Positions 1 to 13,856 of a stretch of DNA of 64,000 nucleotides are shown here, in pieces. The notes below the pieces were generated by a model. It was given only the letters and a program-made list of their open reading frames with translations. It did not search any database and had not been told where the DNA came from. The position numbers were made by a program, and so were the translations under genes. Every line of letters begins with the position of its first letter. Position 1 is the first letter of the stretch. This DNA comes from Octopus sinensis. Taxonomy: Eukaryota. The stretch covers positions 6,262,001-6,326,000 of the forward strand of contig NC_043020.1 in NCBI RefSeq assembly GCF_006345805.1. Direction: 5' to 3'.

Positions 1-59
1 AAAAACCCATAAAAGCCACGGGAGCCTGGTCAAAAGGAGGGTAGAGAGCCCCTTTCTCC

Positions 60-340
60 TTTTATAATACCTTTTTCAATTACAGGTGAAACCTCAGAAT
101 TGGTCCATTTATACTGGCCATTCTTGCACAATTTACCCACCTTTCAGAAAACTTGCTATCAGACAGCACTCTCCTCTCTAACCACATCTTCCTTTTCAAG
201 TGAAACTTGAAAAAGTTGATGAGGCCTTGACCAAAGAGGAAAGTGTCTGACTTTAGCCCTTTCACATCTCTTAAATATAGAACTGAATGCATAAACATTT
301 TACTGGATTTTAGTTTCCTTATCATCTGTCTCAATATCTT
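60..340 (-). mobile_element. Possible L1/Tx1-type LINE ORF2 C-terminal fragment
   Basis: LINFFKFHLKRKMWLERRVLSDSKFSERW resembles the Tx1 C-terminal pattern; recognised by eye only. Confidence 0.45.
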
Positions 341-1106
341 TCCACTGATACCATCAATATCCCTGTTTTACCCCTCATTTACCATCATCATTGTTATCCT
401 CTCTCTCACCTTTCATCAATATCAATATTTTCTAGCTTGTAAGTGTGGATATCCCTCTACCCCATATTATATCTCAATATCCCATCCTTGCTTGCTGTCA
501 CCATAGATATCCTATTCTACTATTGCGTAAATGTCCATATCTTAATCGTCCTGTAGCATTAATATCATGTCCAGATAATCCACTGTAAACATTTTTGCTG
601 TAGGAAAATTTGTGGCAAGAAACTTTTCACCATATAGGAAAATTGGCCATGAAACAGAGTCACTATATGGACAATGATAAAGCATATTACATCAGCATTT
701 TTTGGAATTAAAAAAAATAATGATAGAAGGTTTTATAAAAGCGTTAGATAAGCAAGTCTTTTATTCAACATCAAACATTAAAAAAATGTGATGAGGTCGT
801 TTAAAGCAAAATTTCTTATGATGAATTTTCATATGGCAAAGATGTTTACAGTGAAATTAATTACCTTTGATAAGCTGGAGAAAGCCAGAAGTCTGAACAT
901 GTAAGGGTCTTTGGTAAGAAAGGGCTGCAGATGTGTCCAGAAAACTTGCCGTGAGACAAATTCACCGTATGGACAGTGATAAAGCCTGATATCATTATCA
1001 GTAAATACTGATATAATTATCAATATTTTTTTTAAATATAAAAAAATAAGAATGATAAAACGTTTTATAAAAGTGTTAATAAGTAAGTTGTTATTCAATG
1101 TCAAAT

Positions 1107-1773
1107 ATCATCATCATCATCGTTTAACATCCGTTTTCCATGCTAGCATGGGTTGGACAGTTCAACTGGGGTCTGGGAAGCCAGGAGGCTGCACCAGGCC
1201 CAGTCTGATCTGGCAATGTTTCTACAGCTGGATGCCCTTCCTAATGCCAACCACTCCGAGAGTGTAGTGGTTTTTTTTTTCAATATGCCACCTGCACAGG
1301 TGCCAGACAAGACTGGCAAACGGCCACGATCGGGTGGTGCTTTTTACGTGCCACTGGCACGGGGGCCAGACGTGGCTGGCAACGGCCACAATCAGATGGT
1401 GCTTTTTACGTGCCACTGGCACGGAGGCCAGTCGGGGCGGCGCTGGCAACGGCCACGATCGGACGATTCTCTTATGTGCCACCGGCACTGGTATCTCAGT
1501 TACAATTTCCATTGATGTTGAAAGATTTTGATTTTGATTTTCACTTGCCTCAACAGGTCTTCACAAGTAGGGTTTGTGTCACAAGAAGGAACGGTATGCA
1601 TAAGTGGGCTAGCGACGTCCCTGGTAGAGGCCACGGGTTATGGTCTCAATTGACCTCCCGGGTCTTCCCACGCACAGCATACTTCCAAAGGTCTCGGTCT
1701 CTGGTCATTTCCTCGGTGAGACCTAAAGTTCGAAGGTCGTTCTTCACCACCTCGTCCCAGGTTTTCCTGGGTC
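1107..1773 (-). mobile_element. 5'-truncated RTE-type LINE 3' end with (GAT)n tail and about 58-bp internal repeats
   Basis: Minus strand encodes RKTWDEVVKNDLRTLGLTEEMTRDRDLWKYAV. Further copies near 2680-2948, 4795-5010, 9015-9335, 20170-20458, 23352-23842, 24738-24992, 36060-36392. Confidence 0.82.
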
Positions 1774-2027
1774 TATGTGATGAGGTCATTTAAAACATGA
1801 AAATTCCCAAGTAATGCTGTGCAAATAAAATACTTTTTGCTGCACATTTGTATGAAAGCATTTATCTCTTAAATTTTTTTAATTGATATCGTTATACTTT
1901 TTCTTCATCCCTGCTGCATTTCCTTGATCTAAATCACGCTTTATCTTTTCCGTTAAACTCTCATCCTTTTTCGAATAAACGTTATTACAAAATACACAAA
2001 AAAGCTACACGTTTGCATTATGTTATA

Positions 2028-2425
2028 CTAGCAGTATCGCCCGGCGTTGCTCGGGTTTGTAAGGGAAATAACTATATAAGCATTTTTAGAGAGTTATAGC
2101 CAAAAAATAACAAAAAAATGCATTAAAAATGGGAAAAAAATGATGGTAAATTATTTTTTAAATCGTTGACTCATCGTAGACATTTTTAGAGAGTTACTTC
2201 CTTTATATAATAGCGAAAAAATGCATTAAAATGGAAAAAAATGATGGTAAATTATTTTTTAAATCGTAGACTCATCGTAGACGCGCGCTAATACCCAGAA
2301 GGGCTTGATATGAATCACGACTATAAGATACCCACTTTTGGTTACACTGCACCGCAAAATGTGGGAGTAGTTAGGAATCTAAATCATAGGAGACAGACAC
2401 ACAACTTGACTTTTATATATAAAGA
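2028..2425 (-). mobile_element. Non-autonomous Helitron
   Basis: Minus strand starts A|TC and ends with a CCCG-N8-CGGG hairpin and CTAG|T. Confidence 0.78.
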
Positions 2426-3169
2426 TATACAATAATAATAAAGGACGTTACCGTATACATTTTTATAAACCAAGGACGTTATATAGACCTCCTTGATTCA
2501 AGTTATGAGTTTCGAGATATTAGGATTCATGTTTGTAACAGAGCTTTGAATTGCATCAAGGAGACCTTCTAGAACACTGTTGTTTGTTCCTATACAACCA
2601 ATTCTCCTACAACGGAATTTCTTATGGTGAATTTTTCTATGGCAAAAATGTTTACGATGAAATTTCCTACAACCATCAATATCTCGGCACTTGTACCGGT
2701 GGCACATGAAAAAACATTCGAGCGAAGTCGTTGCCAGTGCTGCTGGACTGGCTCCTGTGCAGGTGGTACGTAAAAAACACCCACTACACTCTCGGAGTGG
2801 TTGGTGTTAGGAAGGGCATCCAGCTGTAGAAACTCTGCCAGATCAGATTGGAATCTGGTGCAGCCATTTGGTTCACTAGTCCTCAGTCAAATCGTCCAAC
2901 CCATGCTAGCATGGAAAGCGGACGTTAAACAATGATGATGATGATGATGTCCCGACTTCGCAAAATATCAGGCATTGATATCTTCACCTCACATAGTATC
3001 AGTGTTGATATCTTTGATCTTCCATAGCATCAGTGTCTATATCATATCTTCCCATGGCATCAACATTGATATCTTGATCTTCAAAATCATCAGCTTTATT
3101 GTCCTCACCTCGACTAGCATCCGTACCTATCTCGTCCTCCAAAAATCTCATCTCATCTCCTTCACTCGT

Positions 3170-3603
3170 TTCAGTGCTATTTATTATGTGGCAGTGAAAC
3201 ATGGACACTGACAAAAAAATATTATCAAATGGGCGAGATGGCTGCTATACAAGGATGCTACAAATGGCCCTAAATGTGAAGCGGCTGTAACAAATGACAA
3301 ACGAATGCCTTTATGGAGACCTGCCAAAAGTTAGCAAGAGGATCAGGCAAAGGCAGCTGTGACTATCTGGTCGCTGTGTGTACCATCCTGAAATGGCAGC
3401 ATCCAAATTAGTGTTGTGGGGGCCCACTTTATGGAGATGTAAGAAGCAGAAGATGTCACACTTACATTGCCAACTTGATTACAGATGCTGGCTTGGGGTG
3501 TATTCAGGACCTCAAGGCAGTGATGTTGGACTGAGAAGTGTGGTGGGTGGACTTTGATGCAGTGACCCAGGTTAGAACCCAGCCACCAACCATAATAATA
3601 ATA
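3170..3603 (+). mobile_element. Degenerate RTE LINE 3' fragment with (TAA)n tail
   Basis: Frameshifted LLCGSETWTL, DGCYTRMLQMAL and LYGDLPKVS-type peptides. Confidence 0.65.
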
Positions 3604-4468
3604 AATTTTCCCATTTATTCCTGGGAAGGTCATGGGAGCAGAGTCCTCAAATATGCCTTCCATCAGGTCCTATCAGAAGCTACAATCACCTGTTGACTAA
3701 CTGGGCTCTTGGATGTCATCCAATCATCTTACCTGTGGTCTACCCCTGGATCTCCTACCTGTTGGGCCCTACCTGTAAAACTCATCCAGTGGTTCTTTCC
3801 TGAGACATTCCTACCACATGCTCATAGTATCAGAGCTGCGATTTCTCAGTTCAGAGAAGTAGTGGCTTTGCCTGAAACACTTCTCTGATCTCCGAGCTCC
3901 GCACTCTGTCGAGTAACGCTATTCCAAAGATCCTTTCGAGGAACCTCATCTTGACCACTTGTAATCGCAATCGTATTCCTACAACCTCTGAAAAAATCAG
4001 CATCAATATATCGATATTCTAAGGTATTTACATCCATATCTTGACCTCTCGTAACACCAATGTCAATACCTCAGCCAATATTGGCCCCTTCCTCATCATG
4101 CTTTTCCACAGAATTGGTATCAATATTGGGGTCTCCCATAGCATCAGAGTTGGTATTCTTCCATCTTGGGCCATTATTATTAACAAGAAGCTTGCTTTGC
4201 AAACATGTGGTTTTGGGTTCAGTCCCATTGTGTGGCACCTTGAGCAAGTGCCTTTTGCTATAGCCTAGGCCAACCAATACTTTATAGTTGATAGAAACTG
4301 TCTGGAAGCCCATTATGTGGACTGTGTGTGTATCGTTGGCGATTTTCTTTCTCCGTCTTCCCTCCCTTGGACTTTTCCTTTTTTTCTATATTTTTGACGA
4401 AGAGCTCCACTCAAAACACTAAATCCTCTTTCTTTCTTTTCTTTCCGGAGCGTCCAATAACTCTATAC

Positions 4469-4686
4469 CTATTTCTTTACTACCCACAAGGGGGCTAAAC
4501 AAGGATAGACAGACGAATTAAGTCGATTATATCGACCCCAGTGCGTAACTGGTACTTATTTAATCGACCCCGAAAGGATGAAAGGTAAAGTCGACCTCGG
4601 TGGAATTTGAACTCCGAACGTAGTGGCAGACGAAATACCGCTAGGCATTTCGCCCGGAGAGCTAATGTTTCTGCCAGCTCACCGCC
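4469..4686 (-). mobile_element. SINE family B inserted into a decayed Penelope-like pseudo-LTR
   Basis: TSD AATAACTCTATAC at 4456-4468 and 4687-4699. Confidence 0.85.
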
Positions 4687-5563
4687 AATAACTCTATACT
4701 TGTTCCACGTCCTCGCGTTGTTGTGTTTTCTCTTTGTTCATGTTTGGATTAACCGTATATGAATATATATACATTATATGCATATATATATGTATGGCCG
4801 TTTGCCAGCTCCGTCTGGCACCTGTGCGGGTGGCACGTAAAAAGCACCCACTACACTCACGGAGTGGTTGGCATTAGGAAGGGCATCCAGCCGTAGAAAC
4901 ACTGCCAGATCAGACTGGGCCTGGTACAACCTTCTGGCTTCCCAGACCCCAGTTGAACCGTCCAACCCATGCTAGCATGAAAAACGGACGTTAAACAATG
5001 ATGATGATGATATATATATGTGTGTGTGTGTGTGAGTGTGTATAATATAATATAATGAGCACTAAAGGGTCTCTAAAGCAGCGTGAAATTAATAATCAAG
5101 TATTAACCCCTTATTAGTCCCATCTCGTTAGTAACCCACTGTGGGTTATTGACTTGCAAACTTTTATATTCATAATCAGAATTGTATTAGTGGCTTACTC
5201 TTTTCTTTTTTTTTTGTGCCTTCTTTCACTCAATTTCTTCACATGTGTGTGGGTTGGATTGTTCTGTAAACTTAGACTCTAACACTCAGGACTTTATCAA
5301 TTTATCTCTAGCCACCCAAGAGTGTGTGGGGTTGTTGTTTTGTTGTTGGGGGGTCAGTGGTAGAGTGTATGACATAGACGTGTGTGTATATGTGTGTATT
5401 ACCAAAAATGTGTATGTATTATTAGAAATTGTGTGTTTTGCTGATAATGTGTGTGTATTGTCGAAATTGTGTATTTCTGGTAATGTATGTGTGTGTTATT
5501 TAACATATGTGCTGGTAATGTGTATGTGTGTGTGTTATTTGAAATGTGTTCGTCTTGCTGATA

Positions 5564-5600
<37 letters not shown>

Positions 5601-5980
5601 TGTGTATTTCATAGCCGAGGCTCTGTATATATACTTTTTAATCGTATTTTTTACGTTGCTATTTTCATTATTTTCCTCTTTACTGCCATACACCTCTCTT
5701 TATTAATTTCCCTTAATCCCCTTTAAATACTGCCCCCTAGACTTAAATCATTATCCTCCTTAATTGTTCCTCACTTACCCCTTTATCACTCATTAAAACC
5801 ACATCTAAATCCCCTTCTTCTCCCCACCAAAATTCCTTAAAAAATCTATGCATTAAAGTCCTTCATAATCACCCCAGTCTTTGCGACCCTAATTCTCGTC
5901 CTTAGGGCATTGGCCCTCTCTAGAAAATCTCAGCGCACTCTGCATGTTAGTGGAAAATCACTGAAGCAAGGAGGGAAGCC

Positions 5981-6685
5981 TAACCCTTTCGCCTTTAAAC
6001 CGGTCATATCCAGCCCAATATATTCTAGCTGATTTATGTTCAGACTGACCAGATCTGGCCCCGTGCACTTATCCTATTATGTTATTCTAAAAATAAACAA
6101 TCCCGTCATCGAAACCTTGAAGCTATGAGATAATGCAAGATTAATGCAAAATAATCCTTTCTTATTTCTTTACGGCGCACAAGGGGCTACACACAGAGGG
6201 GACAAACAAGGGCAGAAAGAAGGAATTAAGTCGATTATATCGACCCCAGTGCGTAACTGGTATTAATAAAAAATAATCCTTTCTTATTTCTTTACGGCGC
6301 ACAAGGGGCTACACACAGAGGGGACAAACAAGGGCAGAAAGAAGGAATTAAGTCGATTATATCGACCCCAGTGCGTAACTGGTATTAATACAAAATAATC
6401 CTTTCTATTCTTGGCACAAGGCCCGAAATTTGTGAGGAAGGGGTAGGTCGATTACATCGACCCCAGTGCGTAAATGGTATTTAATTTATCGAGCTAGAAA
6501 GAACGACAGGCAAGGTCGACCTCAGCGGAATTTGAACTCAGAACGTAAAGACGGACGAAATGCCGCTGAGCATTTCGCCTGGTGTGCTAGCAACTCTGCC
6601 AGCTCACCACTTTGTGATTAATACAAAATAATGTAAATAAACAAGCATTGCGTTTTGACAGAATAAACCGAATGCTAAAGGGTTA
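5981..6685. mobile_element. piggyBac-type MITE interrupted by a SINE and duplicated SINE tails
   Basis: taaccctttcgc ... gctaaagggttaa, with a 120-bp tandem duplicate at about 6150-6390. Confidence 0.65.
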
Positions 6686-7151
6686 AATACCTGGGTGGGG
6701 GTGGGAGCATATTCATGGGTGATGGGGAGGAGGAGTCTGTATTGGATGCTAGAATTGCAGTTGCTGGAACAGCAATGCATCACATCCAGTATTTGATCCT
6801 CAGAAGATGAGAGGTTGATAAGAAAAAAAAAGCTAAATTCGGTTTAGTCATGAACATTGGGTAACGATCGAATCTTTCTTTTATCTTTTAATCTTTTACT
6901 TGTTTCAGTCATTTGACTGTGGCCATGCTGGAGCACCGCCTTTAGTCGAGCAAATCGACCCTGGGACTTATTCTTTGTAAGCCCAGTACTTATTCTATCA
7001 GTCTCTTTTGCCTCCTTGACTCAAGTTAGAGAAGAGGTGTGTATTATACACAAGGTTTAGGTTTTTCAGAAGTACAGCCCCCTAAAATTCCTCTGCATAT
7101 TATTCTCAAGGGTGGACTATACTCGAGGATTTACGGTATTGTCAAAGTCAA

Positions 7152-7382
7152 GGCGGCGAGCTGGCAGAACCGTTAGCACGCTGGGCGAAATGCTTAGTGG
7201 TATTTCGTCTGCCGTTACGTTCTGAGTTCAAATTCTGCCGAGGTTGACTTTGCCTTTCATCCTTTCAGGGTCGATTAAATAAGTACCAGTTACGCACTGG
7301 GGTCGATATAATCGACTTAATCCGTTTGTCTGTCCTTGTTTGTCCTCTCTGTGTTTAACCCCTTGTGGGTAGTAAGGAAATA
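7152..7382 (+). mobile_element. SINE family B (GGCGGCGAGCTGGCAGAA head)
   Basis: A and B boxes; TSD GGTATTGYCAAAGTCA at 7135-7150 and 7383-7398. Many copies, e.g. 19593, 31224, 33224, 44449, 52419. Confidence 0.87.
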
Positions 7383-7591
7383 GGTATTGCCAAAGTCATA
7401 TCAACCCCACAGCTCCCGCCCAAAAGTTCCATAACTACCTCCCCCAAGTTCTTTCTGCTCTCCCTTACTCATTGATGCCCCTTATATCCGCCATTGTGAT
7501 GATGATGATGATGATGATACTGATGTATATTGAGACTATTGTCTAATGCCTGCTTTCTTTTTTTCCTTTTTCTCTCTCCCTGTACCTTCAG

Positions 7592-7630
7592 CAGCCGGTT
7601 ATCAAGATCCCCAAATTGCGCCGTCATCAG
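7592..7630 (+). CDS. AGO2: Probable upstream Argonaute micro-exon (AGYQDPQIAPSS), phase 1-1
   Basis: Long pyrimidine tract, then TTCAG|CAG acceptor and AG|GTTGGT donor. The 39 nt are stop-free and phase-compatible with the exon starting at 16234. Confidence 0.6.
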
Positions 7631-10365
7631 GTTGGTTAAAAACTCCTTTCTACCTCAACTCTAAAAACAAAAGCAATATTAAGCAATATTTTACCCAATG
7701 ATTAATTAAGACAAATATTTAATAATTAATGTATTTAACACTTTTCCTCTTACTCTTTTACTTCTTTCAGTCATTTGACTACGGCCATGCTGGAGCACCG
7801 CCTTTAGTTGAGCAAATCGACCCTGGGACTTATTCTTTGTAAGCCCAGTACTTATTCTATCGGTCTCTTTTGCCGAACCGCTAAGTGACAGGGACGTAAA
7901 CACACCAGCATCGGTTGTCAAGCAATGCTAGGGAGACAAACACAGACACACAAACACACACAGACATACATATATATATATATACATATATACCAATTAA
8001 GAACTGAACACGAAAAAGTGGACAGTCAACATGCTAGATATAGACGTCAAATCGCCATTCTCCACAAAGATTTTGTTCTCAAATAAAATAAAATTCAGCA
8101 CGACCTAAAGCAATAGATAAGACATATATACGACAGGCTTCTTTCAGTTTCCGTCTACCAAATCCACTCACAAGGCATTGGGCGTCCGGGGCTATAGCAG
8201 AAGACACTTGCCCAAGGTGCCACGCAGTGGGACTGAACCCGGAACCATGTGGTTGGTTAGCAAGCTACTTACCACACAGCCACGCCTGCGCCATTTAAAT
8301 CACCATTTTTTATTATCTTTGAGCTTACATACCTTTCTGTCTTTTGTCTTTAACTTGTTTCAATCATCAGACTGTGGCCATGCTGGGGCACTGCCCTGGA
8401 GAATTTTTAGTCAAATGAATCAACACCAATACTTTTTTTCTATTGTTTTTCTTTTTTTTTTTAAGACTGATACTCAGTCTATCTTTCTCTTTTGCTGAAC
8501 TGCTAAGTTACAGGGATGTAAACACACCAACACCGGTGGTGGGAGATAAACACAGACACAAAGACAAACATACACATACACACACACAACAAGCTTCTTT
8601 CAGTTTCCGTCTACCAAATCCACTTACAAGACTTTGGTCAGCCCGAGGCTATAGTAGAAGACACTTGCCCAAGGTGCCACACAGTGGGACTGAACCCACA
8701 ACCATGTGGTTGGTAAGCAAGCTTCTTACCACACAGCCACTCCTGCGCCTATATATATATCATCAGCAGATGAGATCCAGAGATTCTCTTGCACAATGAC
8801 AAGAAAAATCATGAGGGACACATTTTAACAAAGGTGTTATTGGTCTTATGTTTGAAAGGAAAAAGAAAGGGCCAAGGGTTTCGTACATTAGCACTTAACC
8901 AAAAAGGGTTTTTTAAAATTTATACGCTGGTGATAGTAGTATTTCCTTGGATAGTGCTGGAACATCTGTAAAAGATCATAACATATCTACAAAGTGCTTC
9001 CACACAATTTCCATTGGCCACCGTGCGGGTGGCACGTAAAATGCACCATCCGATTGTGGCCGTTGCCAGCCACATCTGGCCCCCGTGCCGGTGGCACGTA
9101 AAATGCACCATCCGATCGTGGCCGTTTGCCAGCCTCGTCTGGCACCTATGCAGGTGGCACGTAAAAAGCATCCACTACGCTCACGGAGTGGTTGGCGTTA
9201 GGAAGGACATCCAGCTGTAGAAACACTGCCAGATCAGACTGGAGCCTGGTGCAGCCTTCTGGCTTCTCAGACCCCAGTTGAACCGTCCAACCCATGCTAG
9301 CATGGAAAACAGACGTTAAACGATGATGATGATGAAATTCACCAACAAGGCATATAGTCTGTAGCAGTGCTCTGCAACCAATATGCCACGGCACACTGGT
9401 GTGTCACGAGACGATGCTAGGTGTGCCGCAGTGTAACCTGAATATAATTTTTTTTTTCCCTTATATTTTTAGTTATATTTTTTGGTCAGGTGTGTTGCTG
9501 AATTTTGAAAAGAATATAAATGTACCACAAGTGGAGAAAGGTTGCGCGGCACCGGTCTATAGTAGAAAGCACTTGCCCCCAAAGTGCCATAATGTAGGAC
9601 TGAACCTGGAATTATGTGGTTGCAAGTGAAATTCTTAATGACACAGCTTTTGTTGGTGTGGCTTTTTTTTTTTTGTTTTTGTGAAGCTTCATGTCCAACG
9701 GTGAAGGTGCATGGCTCAGTGTCGAGTTTACGATCGTGAGGTCGTGAGCTCGAATCCCGGACCGGGCTGCATGTTGTGTTCTTGAGCAAGACACTTTATT
9801 TCACATTGCTCCAGTTCACTCAGCTGTAGAAATGAATTGCAATGTCACTGGTGCCAAGCTGTATCGGCCCCTTTGCCTTTCCCTTGCATAACACTGGTGG
9901 CATGGAGAGGGGAGGCTGGCATGCATGGGCGACTGCTGGTCTTCCATAAAAAAAGCAACCTTGCCCGGACTTGTGCCTGGGAGGGTAATTTTCTAGGTGC
10001 AATCCCATGGTCAGCCATGACTGAAGGGGGTCTCAGACTCTCAGACATGTCCAACAGAGTCATGGCTTCGTGATTAGGAAGCTTGCCTTGGAACCACATA
10101 GTTTCGGGTTCAACCTCACTCTGCATGGCACCTTTGGCAAATGTCTTCTATAAATAAGCCCAGGGCAGCCGATGATCCCTTGTGAGTGAATTTGGTTGAA
10201 GGAAACTGTGTGGAAGCCCATCACGTGTGTGTATGTGTGTGTATGCATCTTTATGCTTCTGTGTGTCACACATACACATGCACACATTGCATGACAGACT
10301 GTTGGTTTACTTACATCCCCATAACTTAGTGGTTCAGCAAAACAGATCGATAGAATAATTACTAA

Positions 10366-10684
10366 TCTTAAGTTAAGTTAAGTTCATTTTTTGGCTCAAA
10401 AAGCAAGGCCATGTAGGGGGACATGGAGTTATGTACAGGGAGGGTGTTCATGCAAAGAGTTCAGGCCATTTCTGGTCAAAAAAGGCTTTGAACCGAGCGG
10501 TCGTCGGCATCTTCACTATCTCGTCCGGCGGCTTATTCCACGGATCCGCAACCCTGAGGGAGAACGCCCCTTTCCTTCGATTGAGATGAAATAGTCGCAG
10601 ATAGAGCTTTTCGGAGTGACCCCGCAGCCGACGCTCTGGAGCAGGAGTGAAGAACAGCTCTTTCGAGAGGTTACACTTTCCGCA
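10366..10684 (-). mobile_element. CR1-clade LINE 3' end with (TAACT)n tail
   Basis: Minus strand LRGHSEKLYL...FSLRVADPWNKPPDEIV...FKAFFD matches the CR1 ORF2 C-terminus pattern. Confidence 0.8.
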
Positions 10685-11035
10685 AGAATAAAAAAATTTT
10701 TTTAATTAGAAAATAATTACCGGGGGTTGATTTGTTTGACTAAAACATACCAAGGCGGTACCCCAGGATGGCTGCTGTCCAATGGTTGAAATAATTAAAA
10801 GATAAAACAAATAAAGACAATAGTTTGAAGACAAAATTACTTAAACTAATTAATTTAATTACTTTTATAATAAATAATGTCCTGTTGGTAAGAAATAATG
10901 CTTAATATTCTTATTCCTGTTGTAACATTTATTTTCAGCTGTCGTATATTTATGTATGTCTTATATAAGTTTGTACAACATTTGTTGTGTGGTTTGCAAC
11001 TGTGGGGGAGGTTTGGGGCCCTAAATCCTTCTTAA

Positions 11036-11486
11036 TCCTTTAAGCATTCCGATTATTCTCTCAAATGTAATGTTTAATTTATTCATATTGTTTGGAATTA
11101 ATTGTTGATTTTTCTCGTCACTTCAAGATTTCAATGATGTGCTTGTTTATTTTTTTGAGAATGACATTGTAGGGTAGGTGTGAGAGGCAGGATCTTGCTG
11201 GTTTGAACAGAAGGCAAGTAGAATATCTGGGTTGGATATGGCCAGTTAACCCTTTAGTGTTCAGATTACCCTGTTAAATGTAATACTTTTTCACTCAAAT
11301 TGTTTTGAATTAATCCTGGATCATCTTACAGCTTTGAGGTTTCAATGATGTGATTGTTTATTTTTGGAATGGCATTGTAGGTTAGGTGTGAGAAGCTAGA
11401 TATTGCCAGTTTGAATATAAAACATGTAGAATATATTGGGCCGGATTTGACCAGTTTAAACGCTAAAGGGTTAAATGACCAAAGGG
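11036..11486. mobile_element. piggyBac-type MITE containing a second copy of its own family (11250-11470)
   Basis: TTAA-CCCTTTAG...CTAAAGGG-TTAA inner copy; outer copy is homologous and ends AAAGGG-TTAA. Confidence 0.75.
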
Positions 11487-13182
11487 TTAAAATGAGAGTT
11501 AGAGATGCTTAGGAAGGGTTAATATGAGCAATGTTTTGAACTGTTTCAAGTTAGGGGTCAGAAAAGCAAAAAATGGGTTTAAACCTGACAGGAAAAGGAG
11601 TGTCCTGAATGTGTGTGTGCGTGTGGTTCAGATGTATGCTGGAAAGTATAGGGAAGGCGGAAGGACTATAGATTTCTCTAAGCCAGGGGCAGTAGGAAGT
11701 TTGATGAAGAGAGCAGACGTGGAGGTGTCGAATGAATGTGACCCTTTTGATACCAAGCTGCCTGAGACACCCCTGGTTTTGTGAAACAAACTTCCGGTTT
11801 TAAATTGATCTAAGATCTTGCATTAAAATTTCCTATTAATTTATGTTCCAAACACCAGCTTAATAATGACAAAACTGTGCGTATCACTTAGGTTGATGAG
11901 GGAGGGATGACCTCCCTTTGCAAATAACATAAGGGCATAGAAAGTGTGCCTAAAGCCAGCTGGAGACGATGATCTCCTGGGGCTACAAGCTACAGTAATA
12001 CCCACCCTTAGTGGTTAGTCATATTGAGATGGCTAGTATACCTCACATTGTTTTAAAGAATTCTTCATTATTTGCAAAATGAATCAAAATAATGTATTTT
12101 CGCATAAGTATGGTAACAAAGGGATTAAAGTGATCTAAATTATAGCCTATCAAAATTTTGTTAATATGTCCCAAACACCAGCTTAATAAAGACAAAGTTG
12201 TTTTAAAGAATTCTTCATTATTTCTCAAAATTAATTGGAACAAAGACGATGCCTTCTCTGAGATCCCAAGTTTCATGTACTTGGAGATAGATATTCCCAC
12301 CCTCAAGCATAGCCCTTCGCTTCACTCACATAAGTTTAGCTGGTCACTCACTCGACACCGGGAACCAGGGTGTGGTCACTGCCATACATTGCAGCCTCTA
12401 CAGAGCCACACACGAGCCAGATGCAGGAGTGGGGGGGCAAATAGGATCCTGGCCAATCCCTAAAAGGAAGTGACTGCGTCTCACCATGAAACACCATCCC
12501 TTTTCTTACTCCTACGCTCTTAAATAGGTTTCTAAAATCAATCAATGAATTGTTTATTTTTTAGTCCACACCATTCGTTAGTAAAATGATCACAGCATTC
12601 ATTGATCAACAACATAATAACTCCACTCCCCGCTAATAATCAATAAATTCTCGTGTCAAATGAGATCATTGGTGGGTGTAGATGACACTGAAACATCTGT
12701 CCAAATATTTTCTCCAAGTTCTCTTTCTCTTATTAAATCATTAATAATCATTAATTAAATGGTGGATGGCATGGCTGTATGGTTAAGAAGCTTGTTTCCC
12801 TTCCACGTGGTCTTGGGTTCAGTCTCACTGCACAGCACCTTGGGCGAGTATCTTCTTGTATCGCCTTGAGCCAACCAAGACCTTGTGAGTGAATTTGGTA
12901 GATGGAAACTGAAAGAAGCCCATTGTGTGTATGTGTGTGTGTGTGTGTGAAGATACGTGGTTTAGTGGTTCGGATATTGTGAGTTCGATTTTTAGTGGTG
13001 CATTGGATCCTTAAGCAAGACACTTTATTTCACATTGCTCCAGTCCACTCAGCTAGCAAAAATGAGTAGTACCTGTATTTCGAAGGGTCAGCCTTGTTAC
13101 ATTCTGTGTCACGTTGAATTTCCCTGAGAGAGAACTACATTAAGGGTGTGTGTGTCTGTGGAGTACTCAGCCACTTGCACTC

Positions 13183-13581
13183 TTTACTCTCTCTCTCTTA
13201 CTCTTTTTTACTTGTTTCAGTCATTTGACTACGGCCATGCATGAGCACCACCTTTAGTCGAGCAAATCGACCCCGGGACTTATTCTTTGTAAGCCCAGTA
13301 CTTATTCTATCGGTCTCTTTTGCCGAACCGCTAAGTGACGGAGACGTAAACACACCAGCATCGGTTGTCAAGCAATGCTAGGGGAACAAACACAAACACA
13401 CACACACATACATATATACGACAGGCTTCTTTCAGTTTCCGTCTACCAAATCCACTCACAAGGCATTGGTTGGCCCGGGGCTATAGCAGAAGACACTTGC
13501 CCAAGATGCCATGCAGTGGGACTGAACCCAGATCCATGTGGTTGGTTAGCAAGCTACTTACCACACAGCCACTCCTGCGCC
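13183..13581 (-). mobile_element. tRNA-derived SINE family A
   Basis: Reverse-complement copy. Others near 7750-8292, 8340-8750, 34370-34742, 62760-63136 (-) and 14690-15065, 37858-38240 (+). Confidence 0.88.
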
Positions 13582-13856
13582 TAATTTCACAAGCGGACTG
13601 TTCCGTTGATCAGATCAACTAGAACCCTCGTCGTCATTACCAACAGAATGCCTGTGTGTGTGTATGGGGGGGATGTGTACCATTGCTTAGACATCACCTG
13701 ATGGCTGTATTTGAGCATCCACATCACAAGGGAAGCTGTTTGTTTCCATTCTTCCGAGTAAAACATGTCTAACCTTGGGAAATTATTTCCTTGCTTGAAA
13801 ACATATGGGTTGGGGACAGGAAGAGCATCCAGCCATCATAATTCCACCTCAAATAA

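Noticed and set aside
4340-4760. Hammerhead-like TTGACGA-A-GAG-CTCCA-CTC-AAAAC in a solo pseudo-LTR
   Set aside because: C3, G12 and the cleavage triplet are mutated; kept only as a decayed relative, not as a ribozyme call.
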